Positions 37,411 through 49,650 of a DNA stretch of 64,000 nucleotides are shown here, in pieces. Source of the stretch: Carcharhinus longimanus (Eukaryota); the NCBI GenBank assembly GCA_030264375.1, contig JASCQW010000162.1, positions 40,638,090-40,702,089 of the forward strand, in the 5' to 3' direction. Within the stretch, counting starts at the first letter, position 1; each line of letters opens with the position of its first letter. The notes under the pieces were generated by a model, which did no database searches, was not told where the DNA came from, and was given only the letters and a program-made list of their open reading frames with translations. The position numbers and the translations under genes are program-made.

Positions 37411-39169
37411 CTGGAGTGTGTGAATAAATGAATACATATTTAAAATAATCTACTACTAAAAGGTTTGACCAGTACATTGCCTCACGTTCTACCAATAAAA
37501 AGGTCCAAGTCATCCACAAGAGATCTTGTACCAACAGATGACAATGCTGCCTTTTGAAATAAAATTAGTACTGCAATATGAAAATAAGATATTTAGGAAA
37601 GTCACACAGTAGCTATATTATGCAGTCTGTGTTTTCAACAGCATTTATGAAAAGAGCATAATTTTCCCAAAAATTCTGCTTTAAATTAGGCGAGACTTCA
37701 GACTTCTAACATACTTACCTGATTATTTAGAATTATTCCTGGAAGATTTGGAGATGCTGTTTATACAGTTATGATTACCACACAAGCATTAATGCAATCA
37801 CAAAAAGTGGCCCAAGACTTCAGTGCCACAAAAATTCAGAGATTAAGAATTTATAGGAGTTACATTAGATATTAGCCATTGTGGCAAGAGCTGGAATCCA
37901 AAAATGACAGACTTATTGCCTTCAAGATGTTTCAAAGCACTACAAAATTATGAAAGGTGCAACATAAATACAAGTCCATATACTTTTTCAAAAAGCTATT
38001 GCTTTTCAATTAAATGACTTAAGTATTAGCACCCACAGCTAAAACTTATAAATTGATATTTTCCAATTAGATTAACCTGCATATCTACAAATTTTAAAAT
38101 ATACAATTCTAATGGAAAAATAAATACAGAATAAAAAGACTGAGGCAGACATTAACCGCATATCTATAATAGTTCACAACTATGTGGCTTAATTCTCAGT
38201 TGCACTTTGATAAAACTCTTATCTTTGTTACATGACTACATTGTTTGGCATCTAATTTACAACACACTGGGTTAGAATTTTGATAGGTGGTTTCTCACAT
38301 AGTCTGGCTTTTTGGCCTTGAAAGATCTTTGGTTGAAGTTATAATATAGTTCTGATATAAAACTAAATCTAGATTTTTCAGGATTAATTACCAAAGATTT
38401 ATCATTTTCAATAAAAAACGGAAACAGCTCACGCAAAGGGAGACCAGGTGGGCTAGTGAATTTTCCCAAAAGGAAACAAATTAGTAATTAAATACGCTAT
38501 TCATATTGGTTTGAGACAGTAACCAGCTCACCAATATATCTGAACGCTTGCAGGATAACATTCAGAACTGGCAATGCTACGTTCAAGCAAATTTAATGGG
38601 AAAGTCATTAACCTCAATGCTGGTTTTCACTCCCCAAATGTTGCCTGACTTGAGTATTTCCAGCATTTGTTTTGTGTTTAGATTTCTAGCATCTGCAGTA
38701 TTTTGTTTCTGTACAAGCTCAAGAGAAAGCTGACTGGCAGAACTCACTCCAAGAAGGGCAGTGAAAAGTTAGATGGGAAGTGCAATTGGTCAACTCAAAG
38801 AGGGAAGACTAAACCTTCTTCCTGTTCAGCAAAACAAGAAATCCAGGAATAATATGGGTAAATGTGGGGAGAAAGTAACCCACAGAGAACAAGGGCTCCT
38901 CCCCCATATTACAACAGTGATGCACCCAGGAATGTTTAGGTTATGACAAATGCTAAATACAAATTATTTCTTTTTGCTTATTGGTAATCAACTTCAGATA
39001 ATTTATTGGTCAAAAAAGCGCAACCAGTGAAAGAGTTTGAATAGGAGGATGAGAATTTTAAATTGGAGTCCTTGGGGAACCTGATGTCAAAAGCAATGAA
39101 TGGATTAGGACAAGAGCGAAATTCTATTACAAATGGCACAGGAAGGTGAATTGGCCAGAAGTGCAATGG

Positions 39170-40090
39170 CTTAGCTGAGTCCAAAAGAGACAAAGGCATG
39201 GTGGTGATGAGGTTTCCAGCCATAGATAGGCTGAGACAAGAATTTGTCAGAGTACGTAGCCTAAGCATTTTCAACTGCTTTAATGATCTTCCCTCCATCA
39301 TAAGGTTAGAAGTGAAATGTTCACCAATTGCAGTTTTCAATACGATTTGCAACTCCTCAGAATCTGAAGTAGCCCATGTCTGCATGCAGCAAGACCTGGA
39401 CAGCAACTTGGGCCAAGCAATGAACATCTCCAAGAAAGAATCTAACTATCACTTTATGACGATGATCGTCACTGGATCCCCCAACATTAACATCTGGGAA
39501 TTATAATTGACCAGAAACCTGATGAGACCAGCCATATAAATACTGCAGCTACAAGTGCAGGTCAAAGATTGGGAATTGTGTGGTGAGCAACTCAACTTCT
39601 AATTCAGCAAGGTCTGCCCTCTACAAAGGTAGTGTGATAGAATACTTGCCACTTGTTGGGATGAGTGCAGTTTCAAAACCACCCGAGTGTGATACCATTC
39701 AGGACAAAGCAGCCAAATTGATCAATATCCATCCACAACATTAGACATTTATTCTCCCTACCACCAGTGAACAGTAACATGTGTGTGTACCACAGAGACG
39801 ATACACTGCAGAAACTCACCAATGCTCTTCTTGACAGCACCTTCTAAATCTAATAAGACAAGGGCCACAAATCCATGGGAATACTACCACATGCACATTC
39901 TCCACCTAGGCAGATACTATCCTTATTTGAACTACATCACTGCTCCTTCAATGTCACCGGGTCCGGGTCAAAATTCTAAAACTTACTCCCTAACAGCACT
40001 TTGGACTTACCTACACCAAATGGACTGCAGAATGTCACAACCTCAAAAGGTAATTAGTGATGGGTAAAATAGCTGGTCTTATCATCAATG
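39170..40090 (+). mobile_element. Non-LTR retrotransposon RT C-terminal region and 3' end
   Basis: Remnants such as LSIFNCFNDLPSIIRLEV...VHVCMQQDLD; same family as 18600-19160. Confidence 0.7.
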
Positions 40091-40520
40091 CTTATCCCTC
40101 AAATGAATTTATAAATATTTATGAATAGGAAAATAATCTGAGTAATAAAGATAATACAGTATTTTGGACAAACTCTTTACAGGCAACGATGTACTGGGGA
40201 ATATCCTTCCAGAGAAAAGCAGATTAACACAATGTTGGAAACACTGAAGAGTAAGCATGTTTAAAGTGAAAGGATAATACAATTGAATTAGTTCGAAGTA
40301 ATCAGCTTCCCTCACTACATAAAAAGTGTGTAACAAAGACAACAAAAGAATACATCAATTTTGCGGAGCCTGCTAAACCTCTTGCACCATAAACTAAAGA
40401 AGACGTTTATATAGTATCTTTAAGATGAGAAATATCCCATAGCACTTCACAAGTGAGCGCAATGAAAACAAACACTGTGCCAGAAACATAAGATTGGCGA
40501 AATAACCAAAGGTTTTGTCA

Positions 40521-40607
40521 GTGGAGAGATGGAAGGAAAGTGGAGAGATGGAAGGAAAGTGGAGAGATGGAAGGAAAGTGGAGAGATGGAAGGAAAGTGG
40601 AGAGATG
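40521..40607 (+). repeat. Perfect 19-bp tandem repeat (gtggagagatggaaggaaa) x about 4.6
   Basis: Four exact units plus an 11-nt partial unit, within an old L2-like segment. Confidence 0.95.
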
Positions 40608-40810
40608 TAGGTTCCAGTGGGAGTTTCAAAGAACAGGACAGGTAAATCCACAGTCATCAATGGTAGGACAAGAGGCACAGCACATAGATTCAGGAGAAAC
40701 ATCACTTTTGGGAGGAAACCAGGACTGGAAAAAAGACACACAAGGTAGGGTTGACCAAGCCATGGAGAATAAATTTAAATGTTTTGAAAGAAAGGATGGA
40801 GATAATAAGT

Positions 40811-41080
40811 GGGCAGCATGACGGCACAGTTGTTAGCACTGCTGCATCACAGCGCCAGGGACCAGGGTTCAATTCCAAGCTTGGGTAACTGACTGTGTAG
40901 AGTTTGCACATCCTCCCCGTGTCTGCGGGGGTTTCCTCCCACACTCCAAAGTTGTGCAGGTTAGGTTGACTGACCATGCTAAATTGCCACTTAGTGTCCG
41001 GGGGAGTGTGCTGGGTGGGATTGTGGTTGGTGCAGACTCGATGGATCAAATGGCCTCCTTCTGCACTGTAGGGATTCTAG
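40811..41080 (+). mobile_element. HE1-like tRNA-derived shark SINE, near full length
   Basis: gggcagcatgacggcacagttgttagcactgctgcatcacagcgccagggaccagggttcaattcc (Pol III A/B boxes), with tail tggcctccttctgcactgtagggattct. Confidence 0.9.
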
Positions 41081-44000
41081 GATAAGTAACAGCAATTTAG
41101 TACATACAAAGTATAATTTGAAAGATTAGTGTAGAGGATGGAAGGCCAGCAAGGAGAGCAATGGGAATAATCAAGTCTGGAGGTGATTGTCACATGAATG
41201 ACAATGTCAGCAGTTGATGCACCAAGTTTACAGGATAATTTTTTGCATGGGGAGAATAGCAGGAATGGAACGAGGGATTGGACTGAATATGATATCGAAA
41301 ACCAAGTTCAAATCAAACATATCTCAAGACAATAGGTCGGATTGTGCCTGAATGATAAGGGAGAGCATAAAATTGGTGGTTAGGAACTGGTGTGTGAGCC
41401 AGTGGCTGATGTGATTGCTTTGATTTGAACAATACTGTGCTGACAGAGTTTATGAATCATCCAAAACTTGATGTCAGCCAGAACATCTGAAAGCATGGAA
41501 ATAAATTAAGACTTAAAAGTAATGTTAGGGATGTAAAGCTCAATAGTATCATATATATTCTTGTAGATGAGGAAAGGGTTATGCGAGATCAACTCAGGGA
41601 AAGAGAAACTACTGTTTCTGATATGTAGGTTAATTTCATCTAGATGAAAATGGTACTATGAAGAGAGTTCTAAGGAACTAGATATTTAGTCAGATCAATG
41701 GAGAGAAATGTGGCAATCCATCAAAATCTGCAAATAAGAATGAAGTATACAGTTACAAAGGTTACATACTACAGTTTTGACATTCAAAAAGGGCAAAAAT
41801 GAGGACAGACGAATTTAAACAGGGAATGTCCAAAGAAATACAAATTTGGAAATCAATGATATATTCAAGGACTTTTCAGAAGTTGGAAATGGGACTGTTT
41901 GGGGTGGATCAACCAATCAAGGACATTTTCTCAGGGAGGCAGGTGATGATTATGAATACAAATGGGAGAGACAGGTTGCACGACAAAAACGATTAAGCAC
42001 CAAGATTGCCAGCAGCACAATACGCACAATAGACTGTAAAATTTCCCACCTGTGATTGTTTAACCGGTGAATGCTAGTATGATTGGATTTTAAATAGTTA
42101 ACCACATTTCAGTTTCTGGCCACTTTGATCACCTATCAGTCTTCATTTGACAACAAAAATTAAACTTAGATAAAGTTAAAAGAGGAATAAAATTCAACAC
42201 ATTGTTCATTGCTATACATGATATACAACTACATATGTTGAATATAAACTCTGAAAAGCCTAGATTTTTGTTACTGCAACATTAATGAATTGAATTAAAA
42301 TGAATCATCAGCCTGACTTATCACTTCCTCATTTTAGCAATCCATTGGAAATGTAGAAAAAAAATTTCCAGTGAGAGTGGACAGTCTGCTGAATTGAAAG
42401 AATGATTCAATATATTTTTATTAGGAAAGCTGAATGCCATTTAGAATTTGCGATAGAAATTTCATTAGCTTCACTTCAATGACATACACACCATCTCTAA
42501 GGTGTGAAAGATCAATTTACAACACTTTGGTTATCAAAGTTGTGTGACTTGAACAAATTACTACTAATTTGTAGAATAGAGGTGTTCCACTATTTACCAA
42601 AACATCTACACTCAGCCAGTATATTTTACTGACATGCTGATCTCTTAACTGCTCCCAGCAGTGACAAGTTTGTGTGAGACATGTCACAGTGGTATTATAC
42701 AGGTCAAAATAACCTACCAGCTAAAGCTTTTTAAAAGAACAATTTAGTTTCCAGTTCCAGAACAGATGAGGACATGGCGCTGTTCAAATTCAGCAGCAAA
42801 AGGTAAAATTATTTTGATTTTTATAACAGCTTATTATTTGTGATAAAGCGAGACATGTTCTTCCAAGTGCTCCTTTCTTTACTTAAAAATCAAACTCACT
42901 GATACAAGCAAAATTAACTGCAGTCTATACAAGGGTGAGCACAATGATTGCTCTAAGTCTTCTTTGTTGTGAGCAGCACCTTTAAATTTCTGACAGTGTC
43001 TTAAAGAGCACTGCTTATAAACAGAATGCAGCATAACAGCACTTGTGCACAGTTTAGAGAACTGTAGATGCAAAACAATAACTTTATTTTTATCAATATT
43101 AAGTTAGAAAAGTCAGATCATTATGAAGTTGGGAAAGGAAAAGCTCTACATACATGTTGTAAGAACCAAGTGCATATACTCAAGTGCATTGCTGAATATG
43201 GCACTCAGGCGTGATCAGTTACATTTTAGTGGGCTGTTGACTTTAGAGTCAGAAATTCTTCTCTGCAATTCCTAATTCTCAATGTAAATCATCTGTAGGC
43301 CTCAAGGTTTACTTTTGTTGGGTCTTTGCGATCTATTATTTTATCGTGTAGTTAACTTTTGTTGTTACTGGTGCACATGAACCTCTTCTAGGTGATCTTC
43401 CTATAAAGAAAATAACTGTCTTTTTCATACTGCACTTTTGAGTTGAGCCAATACCCAAGATATGCCGCATTAACACTACACTGCAGTTGAAAATCACCAC
43501 ATGCCAAAACCTCAGAATGGATGCTAAGAATAAGTCATATACACCATTTGATAATTTGGAGGCACAGAATTTTTGGAATTCAAATTCAATACCTGGGGAG
43601 CTCTGATATCTCCTTGCTCTCCTGGAATGGATACAAGAAAAGGTTGGTTATCCAACAAATAATTTTTCTCTTAACTCAATCCTCCCTTTGTTGTTACAAA
43701 CAGTTTTTTGATATTTTACGAAAGCTAATTCAAATTAACAATCATTTGCCAACAAGATTGTCCAATTAGCCTAGATACTTCAATCAAATGATTTTACTAT
43801 AAACAATTGGGCAAAGAGGAATGTTCCACCCCTCTTGCAACTTTCTCCTGCTGTAAAAAAATTCTACTGCATGACATGGCTTGCTCTAACTTAATTCAGC
43901 CATGATAGTTTACCAGTTTAATTTACCATACAAAAGAGAGCAGTATCTTAGGAGAGCCCCTTGGGAAGCAGTGGAAAGCCAATTCACTTAAAATGACTTA

Positions 44001-45004
44001 ACAAAATTATTAGGAATTATAATTATGGATTGTTATACTAATACTTCATTTCCTTAACCAGGCTTTGCTCTACTGTTAACCATAATTTCTTTCAGGTTTT
44101 TTCTTTCCCAAGGTAAAAATGTTGCTTTACACATTCTTCCTCTCCATGCACCTTCAATGGTGAAATCCTTGCAATATTAATAGTGTACTTCAACTCATCT
44201 TTCCCCATCATCTCAAAGCACTGGATTTTTTTGGAAGGCTTCAGTCTTTTTAAAAACTCTTTACTCTGCATAATTCAGTCACTGGGTTGCACAGCTCTCT
44301 CAAAATGCTTTACTCATTTTTTTCACAGTGGCTTGCCCCTACATCCCCTCAATAAGCCCATCTCTAATGTACAAAGTAATGGTTTAAATAATAAAAACCC
44401 CATATCACAATAACAGATTAATCCATGGCAATGCCTTTTGTCTGTTAAGCCAATGTTTCTGAGTGAAGGGCTCAGCCTTCTGCAAAAATCCACGGTCTTA
44501 ACCTTGTTTCCTTGGCCAGAGTCGTGACGCTGTGAGCTGAATCTGGATAATGCACTCTGAACATGTACATTTTCCAGGATACATCAGTACCAGGTAGCAG
44601 TACTAAGGGATATCTTTTCTTTAACTGCCAGATCAACCAAATCAAATATCTCAAAATCACTTGAAGTAAAGGCAAACACAAAAATTTTCCTTCATGTTAA
44701 ACTTGTGTGGGGTTTTTAAAAAAGTCGAAGTACAGACATCTGAAATAATGTGAACTACGCCTTTATAATTTTTTGCATTGTTTTCCAAAAATGTATTAAT
44801 TTCAGAAAATCATTCCATTATTAAATATTTTAAGGAAAACAACTAATCGTCCCTACTTAATTCATATTGGATTAAAAAAAATGTATAATTTCTTAAGAGA
44901 CCCACTCATGCCTACTGTTCCTATTAGCTAGCTTACCTTCTATTTGTGGCAATCTATTACCTCCTTCCATTTTTCGCAACACCCTTAGATGTAGTACCTT
45001 TTCA

Positions 45005-45485
45005 ACTTTTACAGAGGCACCATAGAAAGCATCTTTCTGGTTGTATCACAACTTGGTATTGCTCCTGCTCTGTCCAACACCACAAAAGACTACAAATGGT
45101 CATGGAAGAAGCCCAGTCCATCGTGCAAACCAGCTCCCTTTCTTTGCCTCTATTTGCAGTTCCCGTTGCCTTGGAAAAGCAACCAGCATAATCAATGACC
45201 GCATGCACCCCAGATATACCCTCTTCCACCTTCTTCTGTTGGGAAAAAGATACTAAAGTCTGAGGATGCATACCAACTGACTAAGAACTTCTTCCCTATT
45301 AGCATCATTCTTTTAAATGGACCTACCTCGCAATAAGCTGATCCTTCTTTACACCCTAACTATGACTGTAACACCACATTCTGCACTCCTTTTCTTCTCT
45401 ATATATGGTGTGCTTTGTCTGTCTAGCGCAAGAAACAATACTTTTCACTGTATATTAATACATGTGACAATAACAAATCAAATGC
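45005..45485 (+). mobile_element. Rex1/Babar LINE 3' fragment
   Basis: RGTIESIF/LSGCITTWYCSCSVQHHKRLQMVMEEAQSIV is the typical Rex1 RT C-terminal region. Confidence 0.8.
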
Positions 45486-46540
45486 CTCCTGGAAATCTAA
45501 GTACAGTACGTCCATTACTGCCCCCTTTATCCAAACCATATGTAAATTCTTCAAAGAACTCCAATCAGTTGGAAATATGATTTCCCTTTCACAAAACAAT
45601 CTTGACTCTGGCTGATTACCTTGAATTTATCTGAGTGCACTGTGGTGATGGATTTTTTTCATCCAGAGGTTGCAAGCACCTCAAACCTATTTGACAACTG
45701 CAAAGTCAGAGCCCCTCCACTTTGATCTGTTCCGTCCCTTTAGCTGCCTCACTCACAGTCACATCCTCCTGTTCTTCACCGCTGACCAAAACAGACAACC
45801 CTATCCTAAGGGGTGTGACTGTCTCCTGAAACAAGAACCCAGATATTTCTCTCCTGTTCGACTTCCAGATCGATAATCCTGAACAATTCCTCTAGTTGCT
45901 TATACTTTCTGCAGATCAGTTTGTCCTGGATTGCCTTTTCATCCAAAAACTCCCACATTCCACAGCTGCAGCGAAACACTTGTCCTGCCATTGTTACGTT
46001 ACTTAATTCAATGTAATTACTTCCTTCATTAACTTAACATAATTTCTATTTATATTATATTAATGTGCTTATTTAATGCTAATAACACTTATTACTAAAA
46101 GTTATACAATTCTTAATAAGCAGGTATGTGTTTTAGATAGTTATTTGAAGTTTTTATATTATATTTTAAAATCTGTTTTATTTATTGATCTACCTTAACA
46201 CTGAAGTCTTATGCTAGCTATTAATAAATATATGGTCCTTTATACCAAACACTTACCGGACAATCAACTTACTAGTATCCTGTGCTGTCAGTTGCCTTTT
46301 CACTCAATTTCTTCAGCATCAGAAATGCCCTTCTTGCTGATTTTACACAATGAAGCTCCCGGCTCCCTCCTCGCTGATTTTACACAATGAAGCTCGTGGC
46401 TCCCTCCTCACTGATTTTAAACAGTGAATTTCCCTGCACCCTCCTCGCTGATTTTAAACAGTGAAGTTCCCAATTCCCTTTTTGCGATTTGAAGCAGTGA
46501 ATCTCCTGATTCCCTCCTCGCTGATTTTAAACAGTAGTAA
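45485..46540 (-). mobile_element. Internally deleted CR1 retaining its 5' UTR and ORF1 N-terminus
   Basis: ORF 45806-45991 (MAGQVFRCSCGMWEFLDE...ICRKYKQLEELFRIIDLE) resembles the CR1 ORF1 zinc-finger/leucine-zipper start. An RT piece lies at 45485-45640. Confidence 0.7.
46336..46535. repeat. 37-bp imperfect tandem repeat, about 5.4 copies
   Basis: Units of gctgattttacacaatgaagctcccggctccctcctc start at 46336, 46373, 46410, 46447, about 46484 and 46520. Confidence 0.92.
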
Positions 46541-46645
46541 AAGTAGCAGTAAAAGCACTAAAATTGTAAATGAAGTAGGGAAATTCAAGTTATGCCAGAC
46601 TTCAATCTGGCACATTGCAAACTTCTGTGATCCCAATGTGTATAC

Positions 46646-46805
46646 CTTGTATTTCTCCTTGTGGATCTTTATAAAACCATTTCATCGCAGCATCATGCGA
46701 CAGTGGCAAGGTAGAAGCTTTAGTTCGTTTATCCTGAATTTGCGCTGTCAGTCTTTCATCATCCAAGGCATTATCCTGCAAAGATGCTACCATCTTCTCA
46801 GCTTC
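46646..46805 (-). CDS. GIGYF2: GIGYF2 coding exon F (160 nt, phase 0 to 1), N-terminal part of the GYF domain
   Basis: ccaatcag|GAA GCT GAG ... ATA CAA G|gtatac. Encodes EAEKMVASLQDNALDDERLTAQIQDKRTKASTLPLSHDAAMKWFYKDPQGEIQ. Confidence 0.96.
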
Positions 46806-47138
46806 CTGATTGGGAAAGATTTTATCCTCATTAATTGACCTTTACCAAGAAGATTCAGTTTCAATCTCCTAAATAAGCATGCATACCTTTGCTTGTTCAG
46901 ATCTGGACCATTTGTACTACATTGACCCAAAAGCCCTCATATACCCATATAGTTCTGATGAAATGCTACTTGACCTGCTGAACATTTCCAATTTTTTTCC
47001 TCGCATGCAGCATTTGGTTTTCCACTTTTAACTGTTAAACCAATCACTAATTACTTATTTCATGGTAGAACTTTTTGTGTGGTTCAAAGCTGCTACACAA
47101 GGTATATTATAGATGCTGCTGCAATATGTAAAGATGAT

Positions 47139-47897
47139 ACAAAGAACAAAACAGCACAGGAACAAGCTCTTCGGCCCTCAAAGCCTGCACCAATCATGCG
47201 TTCCTAACTAGACCATCCGTTTGTATCCCTTTATTCCAGTCTTTCATGTGGCTATCTAAATAAGTCTTAAATGATCCTAGCATGTCTGCCTCAACCACCT
47301 TACTTGGTACTGCATTCCAGGCCCCACCATCCTGTGTGTAAAATATGTCCCCCGCATATCTGTATTGAACCTTGCCCCGCCTTGAACCTGTGACCCCTTG
47401 TGTTTGTCATTTCTGACCTGGGAAAAAGCTACCAAATGTTCGCCCTATCTATGCCCTTCATAATTTTATAAACTTCTATTAAGTCACCCCTCAACCTCTG
47501 TCTTTCCAGGGAGAACAGCCCTAGTTTACTCAATCTCACCTCATAGCTAATACCCTCCATACCAGGCAACATCCTGGTAAAGCTTTTCTGCACTCTCTCC
47601 AAAGCCTCCACGTCCTTCTGGTAGTGTGACGACCAGAACTGGATGCAGTATTCCAGACGTGGCCTAACCAATGTTCTATATAACTGCAACATCACATGCC
47701 AACTTTTATACTCAATGCCCCATCCAATAAAGGCAAGCATGTCATATGCCTTCTCCACCACCACTGCCACCTTTGAGGATCTGGGGACTTTGCACACCCA
47801 GATCCGTCTGTGTCTCTAAACTCCTGATAGTTCTGCCATTTATTGTATAGCTCCCCCCTGCATTAGATCAGCAAAATGCATCACTTTGTATTTACCT
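47139..47897 (-). mobile_element. CR1 LINE 3' end, young
   Basis: ORF 47429-47797 reads MLAFIGWGIEYKSWHVMLQLYRTLVRPRLEYCIQFWSSHYQKDVEALERVQKSFTRMLPGM...[14 protein letters not shown]. Confidence 0.93.
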
Positions 47898-48097
47898 ACA
47901 TAAATACATTATATAAAAATATATACATTTATTTATTTAAATATATACATTTCTACCATTCTGAGAACTAGATGAATTCTGCTCATTTTCAATATGAGAT
48001 CTACAGGAGAAAATAATTCAATTTTGGACAATGATTTTGATTCATGATTGCAGGAGTGGTGTGAGTGATTTCACAATTAACTGTTCCCATTACATGC

Positions 48098-48270
48098 CTG
48101 TTCAAGATGCTTCAGCCCTTCATCATCATCATTATCCTGAGGTATGCTCCGCTTTGCAACTGCTGAAACTGTAGACAAGGGAGATGCTGAAGCTGTAGCA
48201 GCATTAGTAGTAGTGCTGTTAATAGAGGGAACTGAAGATCTTTGATGAGAAGAGGGTGAGGTATCTGCCA
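48098..48270 (-). CDS. GIGYF2: GIGYF2 coding exon E (173 nt, phase 1 to 0), ends at a GC donor
   Basis: tgttccag|TG GCA GAT ... CTT GAA CAG|gcatgt. Encodes VADTSPSSHQRSS...PQDNDDDEGLKHLEQ; DDEGLKHLEQ is conserved in GIGYF2. Confidence 0.88.
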
Positions 48271-48984
48271 CTGGAACACAAAAGTAAGTTTATTTAAATA
48301 TCGACTGTCCGTGTCAAAGTTACTAAATTCAAACAAGGGCATTTCATCCCTTGGTAAATATAAAATGTTCTAAATTTGAAATTACAAAATATCCCAGTGG
48401 CTGATTACAACTACAGTATGTGTATAACTTTCTAAGTTATGTATCTATGAAAGCTGTTGGAGATAAATAAAAGGTTTAACTGGAAATAATTCATTCTTCA
48501 AGTAGATAGTCTTGCACCAAGGTATGAAATGCAAAGTAGGAATTCACTGTTACAGACAGGAGGGAGTTTAAAACAGTTCAGATTTCCCCTTTCATCTATC
48601 TGTAAATAGAAAGTTTTTTTTGCTTTTGATTTCCCCATCCCTCAGTTTTATAGTGAAGAAATCCTCAAGACAATTAAAATAAACTAAGCCTCCAATTTTA
48701 CTCTATTTTGAAAATCAGGAAGAAAACTCGTAACTTCCCCCATTTATTGCAATTACACAATAAAAGGGATAAGAGAAAGAAAGAGGTACAGGGCAAAACC
48801 ACAGACAAAGAAAGAACAGTTTCACATAGTTCCTGAGTCCAGAATCAAACTCTAACAGTATATCCATTCAGAGAGATGAGCAGACTGAAGTTGATACAGG
48901 GGAGTCCACTTTTCAAATAGCACTGACTTCCATGATGGCAGAAGCATATGGAGATGTATTATTCTTGTAGTAGACACTGATACA

Positions 48985-49358
48985 GTGTCACAGAATACCT
49001 GCAGTTCAGAAGGAGGCCATTCAGCCCATCAGGAGAGAATCTGCATCGACTCTGCAAAACAGCAGCTTATCCAGGTCTAGCCCTCATCCTATCCCTGTAA
49101 TCCTGCACACTAACCATGGCTAAATCACCTAACTTAGACATCTTTGGACACCAGGAGGTAATTTATCATGGCCAATCCACCTAACCTGCACATTTTTGAA
49201 CGTTCTCACTGTGTCTGCCTGGGTTTCCTCTGGGTGCTCTGGTTTCCTCCCACTGTCTGAAAGATGTGCTGGTTAGTTGGAATGTGGCAACTAGGGGAAT
49301 TTCACAGTAACTTCATTGCAGTGTTAATGTAAAGTGTTAATGACTAAAAAATAAGCTT
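48985..49358. mobile_element. Two partial SINEs joined in opposite orientation (- at 48985-49200, + at 49201-49358)
   Basis: aggccattcagcccatc...ccaatccacctaacctgcaca, then cgttctc...gggtttcctc...ttcacagtaacttcattgcagtgttaatgtaa. Confidence 0.7.
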
Positions 49359-49650
49359 TTTTTTAAGTGCCAAGCAATTTAAATCTGGACAGAGCCTGAT
49401 TCTGCTGCTCTTTTGTTGAATGAAGATAGCAGACTGCCTCCTTTAACTTCATAAGGCAACATTACAGGTTCTAGCAGCTTCAGGGATGCATGTAATATAA
49501 TGCCCACTTCTTTCCCTTAGTTTCAAAAAAGGATATATGTCCTTTATCTGGACCATCGAGATGGTTAACATTTCATCCATTAATAAATTCACCAGAGATT
49601 ATTTTGTCCTCACAGAGATATCAGCCCCGTTGGCCAGGGCTTCTCAGAAA

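Noticed and set aside
37711-37721. ATACTTACCTG, the 5' end of U1 snRNA
   Set aside because: The following sequence does not continue as U1 (no GCAGGGGAGATACC), so it is not a U1 gene or pseudogene. Kept only as a splice-donor observation.
40811-40890. tRNA-like A and B boxes
   Set aside because: Head of a multi-copy SINE; I see no complete tRNA cloverleaf.
46336-46535. Regularly spaced 37-bp units that look superficially like a CRISPR array
   Set aside because: The units are contiguous with no unique spacers, there are no cas genes, and the context is a vertebrate intron.
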